Shown here one piece after another: positions 23,338-32,984 of a stretch of 48,363 bases of DNA (positions are counted from its first letter, which is position 1; every line of letters starts with the position of its first letter). Below the pieces are notes generated by a model. It saw nothing but the letters and a program-made list of their open reading frames with translations, ran no database searches and was not told the origin of the DNA. This stretch comes from Deltaproteobacteria bacterium. Its GTDB lineage: Bacteria; Myxococcota_A; Polyangia; DRWM01. The position numbers and the translations under genes are program-made. The stretch spans positions 1-48,363 of the forward strand of contig JAFDER010000001.1 of assembly GCA_019310245.1 (NCBI GenBank), given 5' to 3'.

Positions 23338-26109
23338 GTGGCGATCAATAAGCAAAAAACGCTGGATTCCGCCCAGAAGCACCTCCAGAAGGGCCAGATC
23401 GATAAGGCGATCGTCGAGTTCAAGAAGGTGTGCGAGGCGGATCCCGAGGACCTCCGGGTCCTGCAGAAGCTGGGAGATCTGTACGCGCGTCAGGGCTCCA
23501 GGCACGAGGCCATCAGCACGTACATGAAGCTCGCGGAGATGCTGACCGCCCAGGGGTTTGCGAACCGTGCGGTGAGCATCTACAAGCAGATCCTCCAGCT
23601 CAACCCCCTCCTTGTTCCCGTATACGTGAAGCTCTCCGATCTCTTCAAGGAGCTGGGGCTGAGCAAGGATGCCCGGATCTTCAACCAGCGCGCCATCGAG
23701 ATCCTGCAGAAGACGGGCAACCAAGACGAGCTGCTCATCCTGCTCAAGCGCATCATCGAGGGCGATCCCGAGGACGCCATCAGCCGCATCACGCTGGCCG
23801 AGACCTACCTCAAGGTGGGCAATACCGAGAGCGCCGTCCGGGAGCTGCAGTCCGTGCTGCCTCTGCTCAGGGAGCAGAATCTCGACGAGCTGTTCATCCG
23901 GGCCGCCGAGAGGCTCCTGTACCACAACCCCGACAACGTCGAGCTGTGCAGGGAGCTGGCCGTCCTGCACATGAAGCGCAACGAGATCCCGCGGGCCATG
24001 AAGCTGCTCCTGTTCTGCAGGAAGAAGGATCCGGAGGACGTCGAGGCGATGGAGCTCCTGGCCTATCACTTCATCTCCACCGGGATGACCAGCAAGGCCA
24101 CGATGGTGCTGGGCGAGAAGGCCAAGGTCCACCGCAAGCGCGGCGAGATCGACCTCGTCGTGCAGACGTACAGCAAGATCGTCGAAGTGGATCCGTCCGA
24201 CGTGGAGTCGCGGCGCGCGCTGAGGGAGCTGGATGGCGGGGCCACGCCGCCTCCGGTGCTCGCGGACGAGGCGGAGATCCCGATCTTCGAGGACAGCTTC
24301 GTCGGCACGCGGGAGCCGTCGATCGAGACGTCCATCCAGCCGGGGAGCGCTCCTGCGCCGCCCGCGCCGCCGACTCCCCCCCCGGCCGCTGCGCGGGAGC
24401 CCGGCGTCGACGCGATCGCGACGAAGTTCATCGAGGAGGCCGAGGTCTTCATGAAGTACGGCCTCGTGGACAAGGCCGCCGAGCACCTGAGCTCCGGCCT
24501 GGAGAAGGCCGGGGACAGCACGACCATCCACGAGAAGCTCAAGGACATCCACCTCGACAGAGGCGAGATGGAGTTCGCGGAGAAGGAGCTGTTCGTGCTC
24601 GCCGAGGCCTTGAAGGAGTCGGATCCTGGCAAGGCCGAGCTGTTTCTCAGGGAGATCCTGCTCATCCACCCGAACCAGCCGGACGCGGCGTCGATGCTCG
24701 AGGCGCTCACGGGACAGCGCCCGCCCGTGCAGCCCGTCGAGGAGATCGAGGAGATCGAGGAGATCGAGGAGATCGAGGAGGTCATGCCCCTCGGCGACGT
24801 CCTGGCTCCCTCGCCCGTGGACGTGGGGCCCCCCGGTGGCCCGGACGCTGGAGGCGAGTACGATAGCTTTCTGGATGACGAAACGAGCGACGTCCTGAAG
24901 CCGCTGCCCGATCTGGACGAGTGGGACGCGGACGGCCAGGCCGGCTCCGAGTCGGCTCGCGCGCTCGATGCCATGACCCTTCCGGAGCTGAAGCTCGACG
25001 ACATCACCGCACTGGAGACGGAGACGGAGGAGATCAAGGAGCCGACGCAGACGGACGTGCGCGAGGAACCGGTCTCGACGCCGGCGGCCCGGGAGGCCGG
25101 CGCCGGGCTCGACGAGCTGTTCCCCGCCCTCGACGAGTCGCCGGTGGTCGCCCCCGAGAGCAAGCCAGCCGTGCCACCACCGGCGCCGCCGCCAGCCAGG
25201 AAGGCTTCCTCTCCGCCTCCCGTCCCCAAGCCCGCCGCTTCCTCTCCTTCCTCCACGGCCGTGGAGGAGGCACTCGAGGAGGCCGAGTTCTTCATCCAGC
25301 AGGGGCTCGCCCAGGAGGCCATCCTGTATCTCGAGGATCTGCTGTCCCAGTATCCCGGAAACCGGATCATCGAGGACAAGCTCGAGGAGCTCACGCAGGC
25401 GCCGCTCGAGGGAGGTGACGAGATCTCCCCGATGTTCAAGCCCGATTCTCTGATCGCACCTGAGCCGGTGGAGGCCGAGAGCTTCGAGTCCGCCTCCCAG
25501 ATCACCGACGAGGCTTTCGAGGCGCTCGATGCCATCGAGTCGATCATCAAGCATGATTCGGTAGAGGAGGAGATGCAGGTGGGAGCCACCCCCACCGAGA
25601 TCGATCCATCGGACGCGCAGACGCATTACGATCTCGGGGTGGCCTACATGGAGATGGAGGTGTGGGAGTCGGCCATCGGGGAGTTCAGGATCGCCTCCAC
25701 CTCTTCCGAGATGGAGGCACTGTGCTACAACATGATCGGCAATTGCTTCGTCAAGCAGGGCAAGATCGATGATGCGATCAAGGAGTACAAGCTGGGCCTG
25801 TTCGCCAAGAAGCAGATGCAGGAGCAGGAGCTCAACCTGTACTACGACATCGCCGAGGCGTATCTCAAGCTCGACGACCAGCGCGAGGCCATCTACTACC
25901 TGCAGAACATCAAGAAGAAGGACGTCGACTTCAGGGACGTCAAGCTCAAGCTGATCGCACTGAGCTCCTCCTACAAGCCATCCTCCCGCTCCTCGAGCCT
26001 GCCGCCCGAGGACAAGAAGGAGCCAGCCAAGTCCGATCCCGGAAGCGCCGCCCAGGAGGTGGACGACGCCTTCGACGATCTGTTCGGCGATTTCGGAAAG
26101 GACGAATGA
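23338..26109 (+). CDS. large TPR-repeat protein with an acidic/Pro-rich low-complexity centre
   Basis: The N-terminal region (KHLQKGQIDKAIVEFKKVCEADPEDLRVLQKLGDLYARQG...) and the C-terminal region (AQTHYDLGVAYMEMEVWESAIGEFRIA...) both carry TPR-like repeats. The middle has (EEI)n and PPAPPP stretches. Start proposed at GTG 23338 (VAINKQK), since the upstream track codons fall in the AT-rich non-coding-looking stretch. Confidence 0.8.
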   Translation: MAINKQKTLDSAQKHLQKGQIDKAIVEFKKVCEADPEDLRVLQKLGDLYARQGSRHEAISTYMKLAEMLTAQGFANRAVSIYKQILQLNPLLVPVYVKLSDLFKELGLSKDARIFNQRAIEILQKTGNQDELLILLKRIIEGDPEDAISRITLAETYLKVGNTESAVRELQSVLPLLREQNLDELFIRAAERLLYHNPDNVELCRELAVLHMKRNEIPRAMKLLLFCRKKDPEDVEAMELLAYHFISTGMTSKATMVLGEKAKVHRKRGEIDLVVQTYSKIVEVDPSDVESRRALRELDGGATPPPVLADEAEIPIFEDSFVGTREPSIETSIQPGSAPAPPAPPTPPPAAAREPGVDAIATKFIEEAEVFMKYGLVDKAAEHLSSGLEKAGDSTTIHEKLKDIHLDRGEMEFAEKELFVLAEALKESDPGKAELFLREILLIHPNQPDAASMLEALTGQRPPVQPVEEIEEIEEIEEIEEVMPLGDVLAPSPVDVGPPGGPDAGGEYDSFLDDETSDVLKPLPDLDEWDADGQAGSESARALDAMTLPELKLDDITALETETEEIKEPTQTDVREEPVSTPAAREAGAGLDELFPALDESPVVAPESKPAVPPPAPPPARKASSPPPVPKPAASSPSSTAVEEALEEAEFFIQQGLAQEAILYLEDLLSQYPGNRIIEDKLEELTQAPLEGGDEISPMFKPDSLIAPEPVEAESFESASQITDEAFEALDAIESIIKHDSVEEEMQVGATPTEIDPSDAQTHYDLGVAYMEMEVWESAIGEFRIASTSSEMEALCYNMIGNCFVKQGKIDDAIKEYKLGLFAKKQMQEQELNLYYDIAEAYLKLDDQREAIYYLQNIKKKDVDFRDVKLKLIALSSSYKPSSRSSSLPPEDKKEPAKSDPGSAAQEVDDAFDDLFGDFGKDE
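24739..24783 (+). repeat. 9-bp tandem repeat GAGGAGATC x4 plus GAGGAGGTC, inside the TPR gene
   Basis: Read directly from the sequence. It encodes EEIEEIEEIEEIEEV. Confidence 0.95.
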
Positions 26110-26945
26110 TCCTCGCGCAGGCCGTGGAGTTCGAGGGCCGCGGCCTTCACGGAGGGCGGGACGCGCGGGTGCAGATCCTGCCCTCCCGCCCGGGCTCGGG
26201 CCTGAGCGTGATCTTCGACGGGCATGCACGGCCGATCGTCTCCCTCGAGATGAGCGGCCGCGATCGATCGACGGTTCTCAGGGACCCGGCCTCGGGACGG
26301 GAGCTCGGGAGCGTCGAGCACCTCCTCGCCGCCCTGGCGGGCCTGGACGTGTGGGATGCGACCATTGCTTCCGAGGGGGACGAGGTTCCCGTGCTCGACG
26401 GGTCCGCGCTGCCCTTCGCCCGCGGGCTCCGCGCGGCCATGGAGCAGGGACCTGCTCCGGCAGCACTCGTTCCGAGCTCCTCCGTGCGCGTCGAGGGAGG
26501 GGATGCCTGGATCGAGGCCGAGCCCTCCGATCGTCTCACGCTCGAGGTGGCCGTCGACTTCCCGCATCCCCGGGTGGGCGCGCAGAGACTCGTCTGGAGC
26601 AAGGTGGACGGGAGCTTCCTGGAGGACCTCTCCCCCGCCAGGACGTTCGGCTTCCTCGCCGAGCTTCCGCAGCTCAGGGCGCGCGGTCTCGCCGCGGGCG
26701 GCGGCCTGGACTGCGCTCTCGTCTTCGGCCCGGACGGTGTGCTCAATCCCGAGGGGGCACGGTTTGCCGACGAGCCCGTGAGACACAAGATGCTCGACCT
26801 CGTGGGTGACCTGGCCCTTGTTGGACGTCCCGTGCGCATGCGTGTCATGGCCAAGAAGCCCTCCCACGAGCTGAACCACGCACTGGTGCGCATGCTCAGG
26901 CTCTGTTGTCACGATGGAGGAGGGCGGGGTAAGGTGGACCAGTGA
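26106..26945 (+). CDS. lpxC: UDP-3-O-acyl-N-acetylglucosamine deacetylase
   Basis: The sequence has GRGLHGGRDARVQILP, SVEHLLAALAGLDVWDATIASEGDEVPVLDGSALPF, TFGFLAEL and HKMLDLVGDLAL. These are characteristic LpxC motifs. The ATG overlaps the stop of the TPR gene (ATGA). Confidence 0.9.
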   Translation: MILAQAVEFEGRGLHGGRDARVQILPSRPGSGLSVIFDGHARPIVSLEMSGRDRSTVLRDPASGRELGSVEHLLAALAGLDVWDATIASEGDEVPVLDGSALPFARGLRAAMEQGPAPAALVPSSSVRVEGGDAWIEAEPSDRLTLEVAVDFPHPRVGAQRLVWSKVDGSFLEDLSPARTFGFLAELPQLRARGLAAGGGLDCALVFGPDGVLNPEGARFADEPVRHKMLDLVGDLALVGRPVRMRVMAKKPSHELNHALVRMLRLCCHDGGGRGKVDQ

Positions 26946-28693
26946 GCGGATTCAGCGATTGGGCGCGCCTCGTGGGCGAGCGGCCGGAGGTCGCCCTCAT
27001 CACCAACCACGGCTACGCCGGCGTGGAGATCCCGCTGGGTGGTGCCCCCGACACGGGCGGGCAGAACTTCTACGTGAACCAGCTTGCCGAGGCCCTCGAG
27101 CGTCTCGGGTACGCCGTGACGATCTTCGCACGCGGAGGCTTCCCGTTCTTTGGATCGGATCGCCTGCGAGAAGGCATGGAGCTTCTCTCCGCACGCGTGC
27201 GCTACGTGTACGTTCCCGGCGGCGGCGACACGTTCATCCGCAAGGAGGACATCGCCATTGCCCTCGACGAGCAGGTGGAGTGGCTCGACGCCTTCGTCAG
27301 GCAGGAGGCCGCCCGCCGGAGCTGCAAGCCCTGGGAGGTCTACGAGTTCGTCAACACCCACTACTGGGACGCTGCGGTCATGGGAATCGGGCTTGTCGAC
27401 AGGTGGATCGGCGACGTGGCGGCCCGTCAGGTCCTGGACGTGCTCGACGGCGTCGTCGACGAGGAGCGGGGCGAGTCCCTCTGGCAGGATCGTGCCTGGC
27501 TGGCCGTCGGGGGATGCCCGGCCGGTGCAGTGGGCTCCATCCTGCTCGAATCCCGGGGGGCCGGTGGCAGGGCCGCCGACAGGGCAGCGGAGGCTCTCGC
27601 CTCGTGGGCCAGGACCAGGGGAGTGCCCGTCTCGGACGAGGCCGCCCCGCAGCTCGCCGCGCGCGTGGACGAGGCCGCCCGGCGCTCGGCTCCCGCACTC
27701 CTTCCGCTGCGCAGCGCCCTGTGCCTGGGCGAGGCCGTTCTCGAGGCCTGGGAGGCGGACGGGAGGACGGTCGAGGAGTTCCAGGTCGTGGACCGGCACG
27801 TGTGGACGCCCCACTCGCTCGGTGAGCTCAAGAGCCTCAACTACAGGAGCAAGCCCGACTCCGTGAGGCGCGACCTCAAGTTCTGCGAGAGGCGCAACCA
27901 CGAGCAGGTGGTCTGTGACTGGACCCGCGCCTTTGCGGCCACCTCGGGGGAGATCGCCTCGTACCTGGTGACGCACTGCGGGGTGGATGCCGAGTCGATC
28001 TTCTACTTTCCTCCCTGCGTGAACAGGACGCTGTTCAGACCATACGGGGACGAGGAGCGGGCCGGGACGTATCGCTACCTCTCGCAGGTCAGCGGCGTTC
28101 CGGTCGAGGAGCTCGTCCGGGCCAGGATCGTCTTCGAGACGAGCCGCATGGACGGGACCAAGCGCAAGGACGTGCTCCTCGAGGCGTTCGCGCTCGTGGC
28201 GGCGGAAGAGCCCGATGTCTACCTCTTCATCGGCGGCGGCCCGGAGAACGACGTGTTCAAGGAGCTGTCCGTGTTCAGGGACTCCCTGCCGTCGCTCGAG
28301 GGCAGGGCGTTCCTGACGGGATTCCTTCCGGACGAGGAGATGTATCCGCTGTTCTCCATCGCGGACGTGTTCGTCACACCCAGCGAGATGGAGGGATTCG
28401 GGATGTCGGCCTCCCAGGCCGCCGCAGCGGGCACGGCGCTCGTCTCCTCGGATCTCGTCCCCTTCGCCACGCTCTACGTGCCCGACGATGCGCTGATCGT
28501 GCGCGCGGGTGACGTGAAGGGCTTTGCCGAGGCCATCGGGAGGCTGCTCGCAGACGACGCGGACAGGATGCGGAGGGCCGGGAGGCTCGCGGAGGCCACC
28601 AGGGAGCTTGACTGGGACGTGCAGACACGGCGATTCATCGCTCACCTGATCGCACGTGGGATGAGCGTTGCACAGTCGGGGAGCGAGAGATGA
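26942..28693 (+). CDS. sucrose-phosphate-synthase-like GT4 glycosyltransferase with a large internal insertion
   Basis: The sequence has GGAPDTGGQNFYVNQLAEAL (the SPS/SuSy-type DTGGQ-VYV motif), HYWDAA and TPHSLGELK. The C-terminal TPSEMEGFGMSASQAAAAGTALVSSD is an EX7E region. The GTG overlaps the lpxC stop. Confidence 0.8.
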   Translation: MSGFSDWARLVGERPEVALITNHGYAGVEIPLGGAPDTGGQNFYVNQLAEALERLGYAVTIFARGGFPFFGSDRLREGMELLSARVRYVYVPGGGDTFIRKEDIAIALDEQVEWLDAFVRQEAARRSCKPWEVYEFVNTHYWDAAVMGIGLVDRWIGDVAARQVLDVLDGVVDEERGESLWQDRAWLAVGGCPAGAVGSILLESRGAGGRAADRAAEALASWARTRGVPVSDEAAPQLAARVDEAARRSAPALLPLRSALCLGEAVLEAWEADGRTVEEFQVVDRHVWTPHSLGELKSLNYRSKPDSVRRDLKFCERRNHEQVVCDWTRAFAATSGEIASYLVTHCGVDAESIFYFPPCVNRTLFRPYGDEERAGTYRYLSQVSGVPVEELVRARIVFETSRMDGTKRKDVLLEAFALVAAEEPDVYLFIGGGPENDVFKELSVFRDSLPSLEGRAFLTGFLPDEEMYPLFSIADVFVTPSEMEGFGMSASQAAAAGTALVSSDLVPFATLYVPDDALIVRAGDVKGFAEAIGRLLADDADRMRRAGRLAEATRELDWDVQTRRFIAHLIARGMSVAQSGSER

Positions 28694-29328
28694 TAGGAGA
28701 CAAGCTGGTCATCACGGACTATCACCGCGCGGCGGCGAGCCAGATCTACGATCACGTCGCCGGCCTCGAGCCCGACGGACCCCTGGGAGTGTCCGTTTCC
28801 GGCGAGTCCGGCTGCGGCAAGAGCGAGACGGCTCACTGCCTGAAGGAGCTTTTCGAGGCGGGAGGAAAACGGTGCGTGATCCTCGGACAGGACGACTACT
28901 TCCACCTGCCTCCACGCTCGAACCACGACAAGAGGCTCGAGCAGTTCGACTGGATCGGATCGGACGAGGTGCGGCTCGACCTGCTCGATGAGCACGTCGC
29001 GCGGCTGAAGTCCGGATCGGGGGAGAGGCTGACGAAACCGCTCGTCTACTTCGAGGAGAATCGCATCGGGGAGGAGATCCTGCCCGCAGGCCCGTACGAC
29101 GTCGTCATCGTGGAGGGCACGTACACCGCCCTGCTCGAGAACCTGGACGTCAGGGCATTCATTGATCGCAACTACCGCCAGACGAAGAAGGCGAGGCTCC
29201 GACGGGCCAGGGACCCGGACCTGAACTTCCTCGAGAAGGTTCTCGAGAAGGAGCACGGCATCATCTCGACGCACAGGACCCGCGCCGACGTGATCATCGA
29301 CCCGCCGCCCGAGGAGTTGCAGGCATAG
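28690..29328 (+). CDS. uridine kinase/phosphoribulokinase-family P-loop kinase
   Basis: The Walker A motif is VSGESGCGKSET. The layout ILGQDDYF...P.Y.......VVIVEGTYTALLENLDVRAFID......RLRRARD follows the Udk/PRK family pattern. The ATG overlaps the upstream stop. Confidence 0.75.
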   Translation: MIGDKLVITDYHRAAASQIYDHVAGLEPDGPLGVSVSGESGCGKSETAHCLKELFEAGGKRCVILGQDDYFHLPPRSNHDKRLEQFDWIGSDEVRLDLLDEHVARLKSGSGERLTKPLVYFEENRIGEEILPAGPYDVVIVEGTYTALLENLDVRAFIDRNYRQTKKARLRRARDPDLNFLEKVLEKEHGIISTHRTRADVIIDPPPEELQA

Positions 29329-29503
29329 AGCGCCCATCGAAACCTCACGCCTGCTGCGGCGCACGATCCGGTGGCTGCGACCGCCATCCTCACGCTCACT
29401 TCCTGCGACGTGCCCCTGGCACGCCTCGATCGCTCGCGCTTCAGGTGACGCTCTCGCCTACCGCCTCGCGCACCTCGCGACGGCGCCGGTTTCGATAGGC
29501 GCT
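29329..29503. repeat. 175-bp intergenic element bounded by 16-bp inverted repeats (15/16 match)
   Basis: AGCGCCCATCGAAACC (29329-29344) faces GGTTTCGATAGGCGCT (29488-29503). The reverse complement of the first differs from the second at one base. The two repeats directly abut the TAG of the kinase gene (29326-29328) and the TGA of the NtrC-like gene (29505-29507). Confidence 0.8.
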
Positions 29504-29504
29504 C

Positions 29505-30887
29505 TCAGTCCTCGTGAGCCTCGATCTCGTACTTCTTGAGCTTTCTCCAGAGAGTCGTCTGGCTCAGTCCCAGCACCTGCGCCGCCTCCCTGAGGCTGTG
29601 AGTCGACTTGAGCGTGGTCTCGATGGCGATCTGCTCCGTGATCTCGACCCGCTCCTTCAAGGTCGAGCCCGTGGGGTGTGTCTTGTCGGCGAGGATCGGG
29701 ATGTCCTCGCGCCTGAGCTTGCCGCCCACCGCCAGCGCCACGCCCTGCTCGATGAGGTTCTCGAGCTCCCGGACGTTGCCCGGGTAGTCGTAGGCCAGGA
29801 GGTGGTCCATCACCCCCTCGTCGAGCCGCGCCGTGCGACTGAAGCGTGACTGGTACTTGACGAGGAAGTGCTCCACGAGCAGCGGGATGTCCTCCTTGCG
29901 CTCCCTGAGCGGGGGCATGTGGAAGCGTGCCACGTTGAGTCTGTAGTAGAGGTCCTCGCGGAACACCTTCCTCTCGATGGCGTCCTGCAGATCCTGGTTG
30001 GTCGCGGCGATGATCCTCGCGTTGACCTTGATGGACGTGTTCCCGCCCAGTCTGCGGATCTCCTGGTCCTGGATCACCCTCAGGAGCTTTGCCTGAAAGT
30101 TCGGCGTGGTCGAGGCGATCTCGTCGAAGAAGAACGTGCCGCCGTCCGCTTCCTCGAACAGGCCCTTGCGGGCGCTGACCGCCCCGGTGAACGCGCCGCG
30201 CTGGTGGCCGAACAGCTCGCTCTCGAGGAGCTGCTCGGCGATCGCCGCACAGTTGACAGGGACGAATGCATGATCTGCACGTTTGGAGTTGGCGTGGGTG
30301 GCCCGGGCGACGAGCTCCTTACCCGTGCCGCTCTCGCCCGTGATGAGGACGGTCGTGTCCGTGGGCGCCAGGCGGATGATACGGGTGATCATCTCGCGGA
30401 TGGGGCGCGAGCGGCCGATGATGTTCTCGAACTTGTACCTCTCCCGGAACTCCGTCGCCATGAGGAAGATCTCGCCGCTGAGCTGGCGCCGCTCGATGGC
30501 GCGCCCCACCCTGAGCAGGAGCTCGTCCTCGCCGAACGGCTTCTGGATGTAGTCGTGGGCCCCCATCTTCATGGCGATCACCGCGCTCTCGACGGTCCCG
30601 TACGCCGTCATGACGATGACCTCCGTGAGCGGGGCCTTCTCGCGCGAGTACCTGAGGACGTCGAGGCCATCCACCTGGCCCAGCTTCAGGTCAGTGACCA
30701 CGATGTCGAACAGCTCCCCGTCGATGAGCTGCATCGCGTGCGCCCCGTCCCTGGCCACCTGCACGTCGTACCCGGCGCCCTTGAGCATGATGCTCAGGGT
30801 CTTGCGCATGTTCTTCTGGTCGTCGACCACGAGGATCCTGGCGAGCTGCCTCGTGGATGGTCCAGACCGTGCTCCCGTCTCGCTCAT
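29505..30887 (-). CDS. sigma-54-dependent response regulator (NtrC family: REC + AAA+ + HTH)
   Basis: The receiver domain has [14 protein letters not shown]...[14 protein letters not shown]. The AAA+ domain has [15 protein letters not shown], the GAFTGA loop (RGAFTGA) and ESELFGH. The C-terminal Fis-type HTH is [19 protein letters not shown]. Start chosen at MSETG (30887). Confidence 0.9.
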   Translation of the reverse strand: MSETGARSGPSTRQLARILVVDDQKNMRKTLSIMLKGAGYDVQVARDGAHAMQLIDGELFDIVVTDLKLGQVDGLDVLRYSREKAPLTEVIVMTAYGTVESAVIAMKMGAHDYIQKPFGEDELLLRVGRAIERRQLSGEIFLMATEFRERYKFENIIGRSRPIREMITRIIRLAPTDTTVLITGESGTGKELVARATHANSKRADHAFVPVNCAAIAEQLLESELFGHQRGAFTGAVSARKGLFEEADGGTFFFDEIASTTPNFQAKLLRVIQDQEIRRLGGNTSIKVNARIIAATNQDLQDAIERKVFREDLYYRLNVARFHMPPLRERKEDIPLLVEHFLVKYQSRFSRTARLDEGVMDHLLAYDYPGNVRELENLIEQGVALAVGGKLRREDIPILADKTHPTGSTLKERVEITEQIAIETTLKSTHSLREAAQVLGLSQTTLWRKLKKYEIEAHED

Positions 30888-30952
30888 ACGTGAGTTGATC
30901 TGTAGTGGATCGAGTCCGGTCTGGCAATGGTCGTGTGGTAACATGCGCGCTC

Positions 30953-32932
30953 ATGGACCGTCCGATCGTCCGGATCGCGGCCGCCGCGCTCGCCGTCCTG
31001 CTCTCGTATCCGCGGATCTCCCCGGCCGGGTCCGACCTTGTCTTCAGCGCCGACCGCGTGGAGTCGGACCTCGCCGCCGAGGTGTTGCGGGCAACGGGCA
31101 ACGTCCAGCTCGTGGCGCCGGGCCTCCTCGTCCGGGCCTCGGAGCTGTGGGTCTTCGATACCGCGGCAGGAGGACCGAGCCTGCTCCTGGATCGGGCCGA
31201 GCTCCGGCTCGTGCTGGAGGACCGGATCCTGGTCGCGGCTGCCGATCTGGTCGTCGTGGAGCATGGCCGCGTGACGTTCGAGAACGGCGAGGCGAGCCTG
31301 TGCGCCTGCGACCCTGCGCCGCTCGGCGTCTCGTTCTGCCGGCTCGAGGCGGATCCCGGGGGAGACCTCCTCGTGCGGCGGGGGTGGCTCGAGCTGGGCG
31401 GCCGCCGTGTCCTGCCCCTGCCCTGGTTCATGCTCCGCACGGGTCGCAAGGTCGGCCTCCTTCCGCCCAGGATCGGGTACGTGGCCCACCGCGGGCTCCT
31501 CCTCGGCCTCGGTGCACTCTTCCCTCTTCCCCGCGAGTGGGATCTCGTCGTGCACGCTGACTGGCTGGCTCTCGACGGGCTCGGGCTCGGAGCCGCTCTC
31601 GAAGCGCCGGCGGGCCGCCTCGCCTCGACCTTCTTCTTCGACCCGGTCGACCAGGGTCTGGACTCCGGGTGGGTCGCCGGGTCCCTGCACGCCTCGAGTA
31701 GCCTCCAGCACGCGGGGCTCGTCCTGGACACGCTGCTGAGCAGACGGATCGCTCTCGGGGACATGGTCGGGACGCAGGGCGGCTCGAGCCGACAGGCCCT
31801 GCAGTCGCTCGGCGTGAGGCTCTCGCCCGCGACGGGCTGGCTCTCGATCCTGGGCGAGGTGGGGGTTGCGAGAGGGCTCGAGGTCGACGTGACGCGCGGG
31901 GGTCGCCACGTGCTCGCGGCGACCGAGTCATGGATGCGAAGCCCCTCGCTCATCCTCGCCCTGCATCCCGTGAGGCTCCTGGGGCCGCACGTGCCGCTCC
32001 TGCTTCGAGGCGAGATCCGCCACGGCCAGCTCCTGCTCCTCGGTGCTGCGACCGGTGTGCGGCTCGAGCACAGCGGCGTGGGCATCGATCTGACCGGCCG
32101 GTGGCTGCCGGGACGCATCCTGGATCTCAGGATCTTCGGTGGCTGGCACGGCTCGCTGCTCAGGCAGGGAGCTGGAACCCTGCCCGCGCTCTGGCTGCAG
32201 GAGTCCCGGGGCGGTGCCGAGGCGTCCATCTCGCTCATGGGGCCGGCCTCGCCGACCGGCCTCGCCCATCGCCTGGACCTGGTGCTTTCCTATAGGAGAT
32301 CGCACTGGGCGGCCACCGGGAGGTGGAGCGGGGGAGCCGCGTCCTTCGTCCCCCTCCCCGTGCCGACCCACCTGTGCGGCCTCGTCCTGCGCAACGCCCT
32401 CGTGCGCGTGCGTGCGGAGACGCTTGCCGTGACCGCAGGTGCCTGGCTCGTTCCGCGCGCCGGTCGATCTCCCCTGGCGCTGTTCTCCTTCGGCATCGTG
32501 TTCAGAGGCGGGCCGCTGCGGCTGGATACGCACCTGGATCTGCCGGCCGAACGATGGCGTCCATCTCTGACGCGCACCACCCTGTCCCTTGCTTCCTCAG
32601 GGTTCTCGCTCGAGGTGGGGCACCTGTTCGTGGATGGCGGCAGTGCCACGTCGCTCGACGTGGACGCCTGGAGCTCCACCCTACTCGGCCCCGGCCTTGC
32701 CGCCGGGCGCGGTCCTGGGATCAACGCGGCGATGCTGGGCCTCGTCCTTCCACTGGGTGGGGGGCTCGCACTCGGCGGTCGCGTCGGGCTGGACCTCGAC
32801 CACCGGGCCTCGTCCTGGATCGAGGCTTCGCTCACCTACGCGCATCCCTGCAGGTGCCTCAAGGTCAGGCTCGTCGTGCTGGGCCGCGCCGGCGTGGCCG
32901 CTCCCGACGTGGTGCTCGCGCTCGGCCTCTGA
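30953..32932 (+). CDS. lptD: LptD/OstA-like outer-membrane LPS-assembly protein (probable)
   Basis: It has a signal peptide and an OstA-like N-terminal segment (FSADRVESDLAAEVLRATGNVQLVAPGLLVRASELWVFD). A long Gly/Leu/Arg-rich sequence of beta-barrel type follows. Cys pairs lie in the N-domain (CAC) and close to the C-terminus (HPCRC), reminiscent of the LptD disulfide layout. The assignment is by pattern, not by alignment. Confidence 0.6.
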   Translation: MDRPIVRIAAAALAVLLSYPRISPAGSDLVFSADRVESDLAAEVLRATGNVQLVAPGLLVRASELWVFDTAAGGPSLLLDRAELRLVLEDRILVAAADLVVVEHGRVTFENGEASLCACDPAPLGVSFCRLEADPGGDLLVRRGWLELGGRRVLPLPWFMLRTGRKVGLLPPRIGYVAHRGLLLGLGALFPLPREWDLVVHADWLALDGLGLGAALEAPAGRLASTFFFDPVDQGLDSGWVAGSLHASSSLQHAGLVLDTLLSRRIALGDMVGTQGGSSRQALQSLGVRLSPATGWLSILGEVGVARGLEVDVTRGGRHVLAATESWMRSPSLILALHPVRLLGPHVPLLLRGEIRHGQLLLLGAATGVRLEHSGVGIDLTGRWLPGRILDLRIFGGWHGSLLRQGAGTLPALWLQESRGGAEASISLMGPASPTGLAHRLDLVLSYRRSHWAATGRWSGGAASFVPLPVPTHLCGLVLRNALVRVRAETLAVTAGAWLVPRAGRSPLALFSFGIVFRGGPLRLDTHLDLPAERWRPSLTRTTLSLASSGFSLEVGHLFVDGGSATSLDVDAWSSTLLGPGLAAGRGPGINAAMLGLVLPLGGGLALGGRVGLDLDHRASSWIEASLTYAHPCRCLKVRLVVLGRAGVAAPDVVLALGL

Positions 32933-32984
32933 TCCCGATCCGCTGCGTGTGTCCCGGGCAGCTTGGTTGCCGTGTGGAAGGGAC

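Noticed and set aside
23293-26229. Very long antisense or out-of-frame ORFs in the six-frame track. Examples are 23293..26229 (-, 978 aa), 1844..2881 (+), 3066..4352 (+), 8653..10221 (+), 10948..11958 (-), 11703..13334 (-), 13474..14817 (-), 14974..16350 (-), 16426..17784 (-), 19892..21232 (-), 21009..22568 (+), 26909..28645 (-), 30691..32238 (-), 37129..39411 (-), 39458..41887 (+), 43156..44295 (+) and 44359..45663 (+).
   Set aside because: In a genome this GC-rich, stop codons are scarce in every frame. These translations are dominated by Arg, Gly, Pro, Ala, His and Leu runs, carry no recognisable motifs, and each mirrors a gene on the other strand or frame that has clear family signatures and G/C-rich third positions.
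29417-29422. TGGCAC hexamers that might be sigma-54 -24 elements (also seen near 2768, 19370 and 42900). These were of interest because an NtrC-family activator is encoded at 29505-30887.
   Set aside because: None of them is followed at the required spacing by a TTGC(A/T) -12 element.
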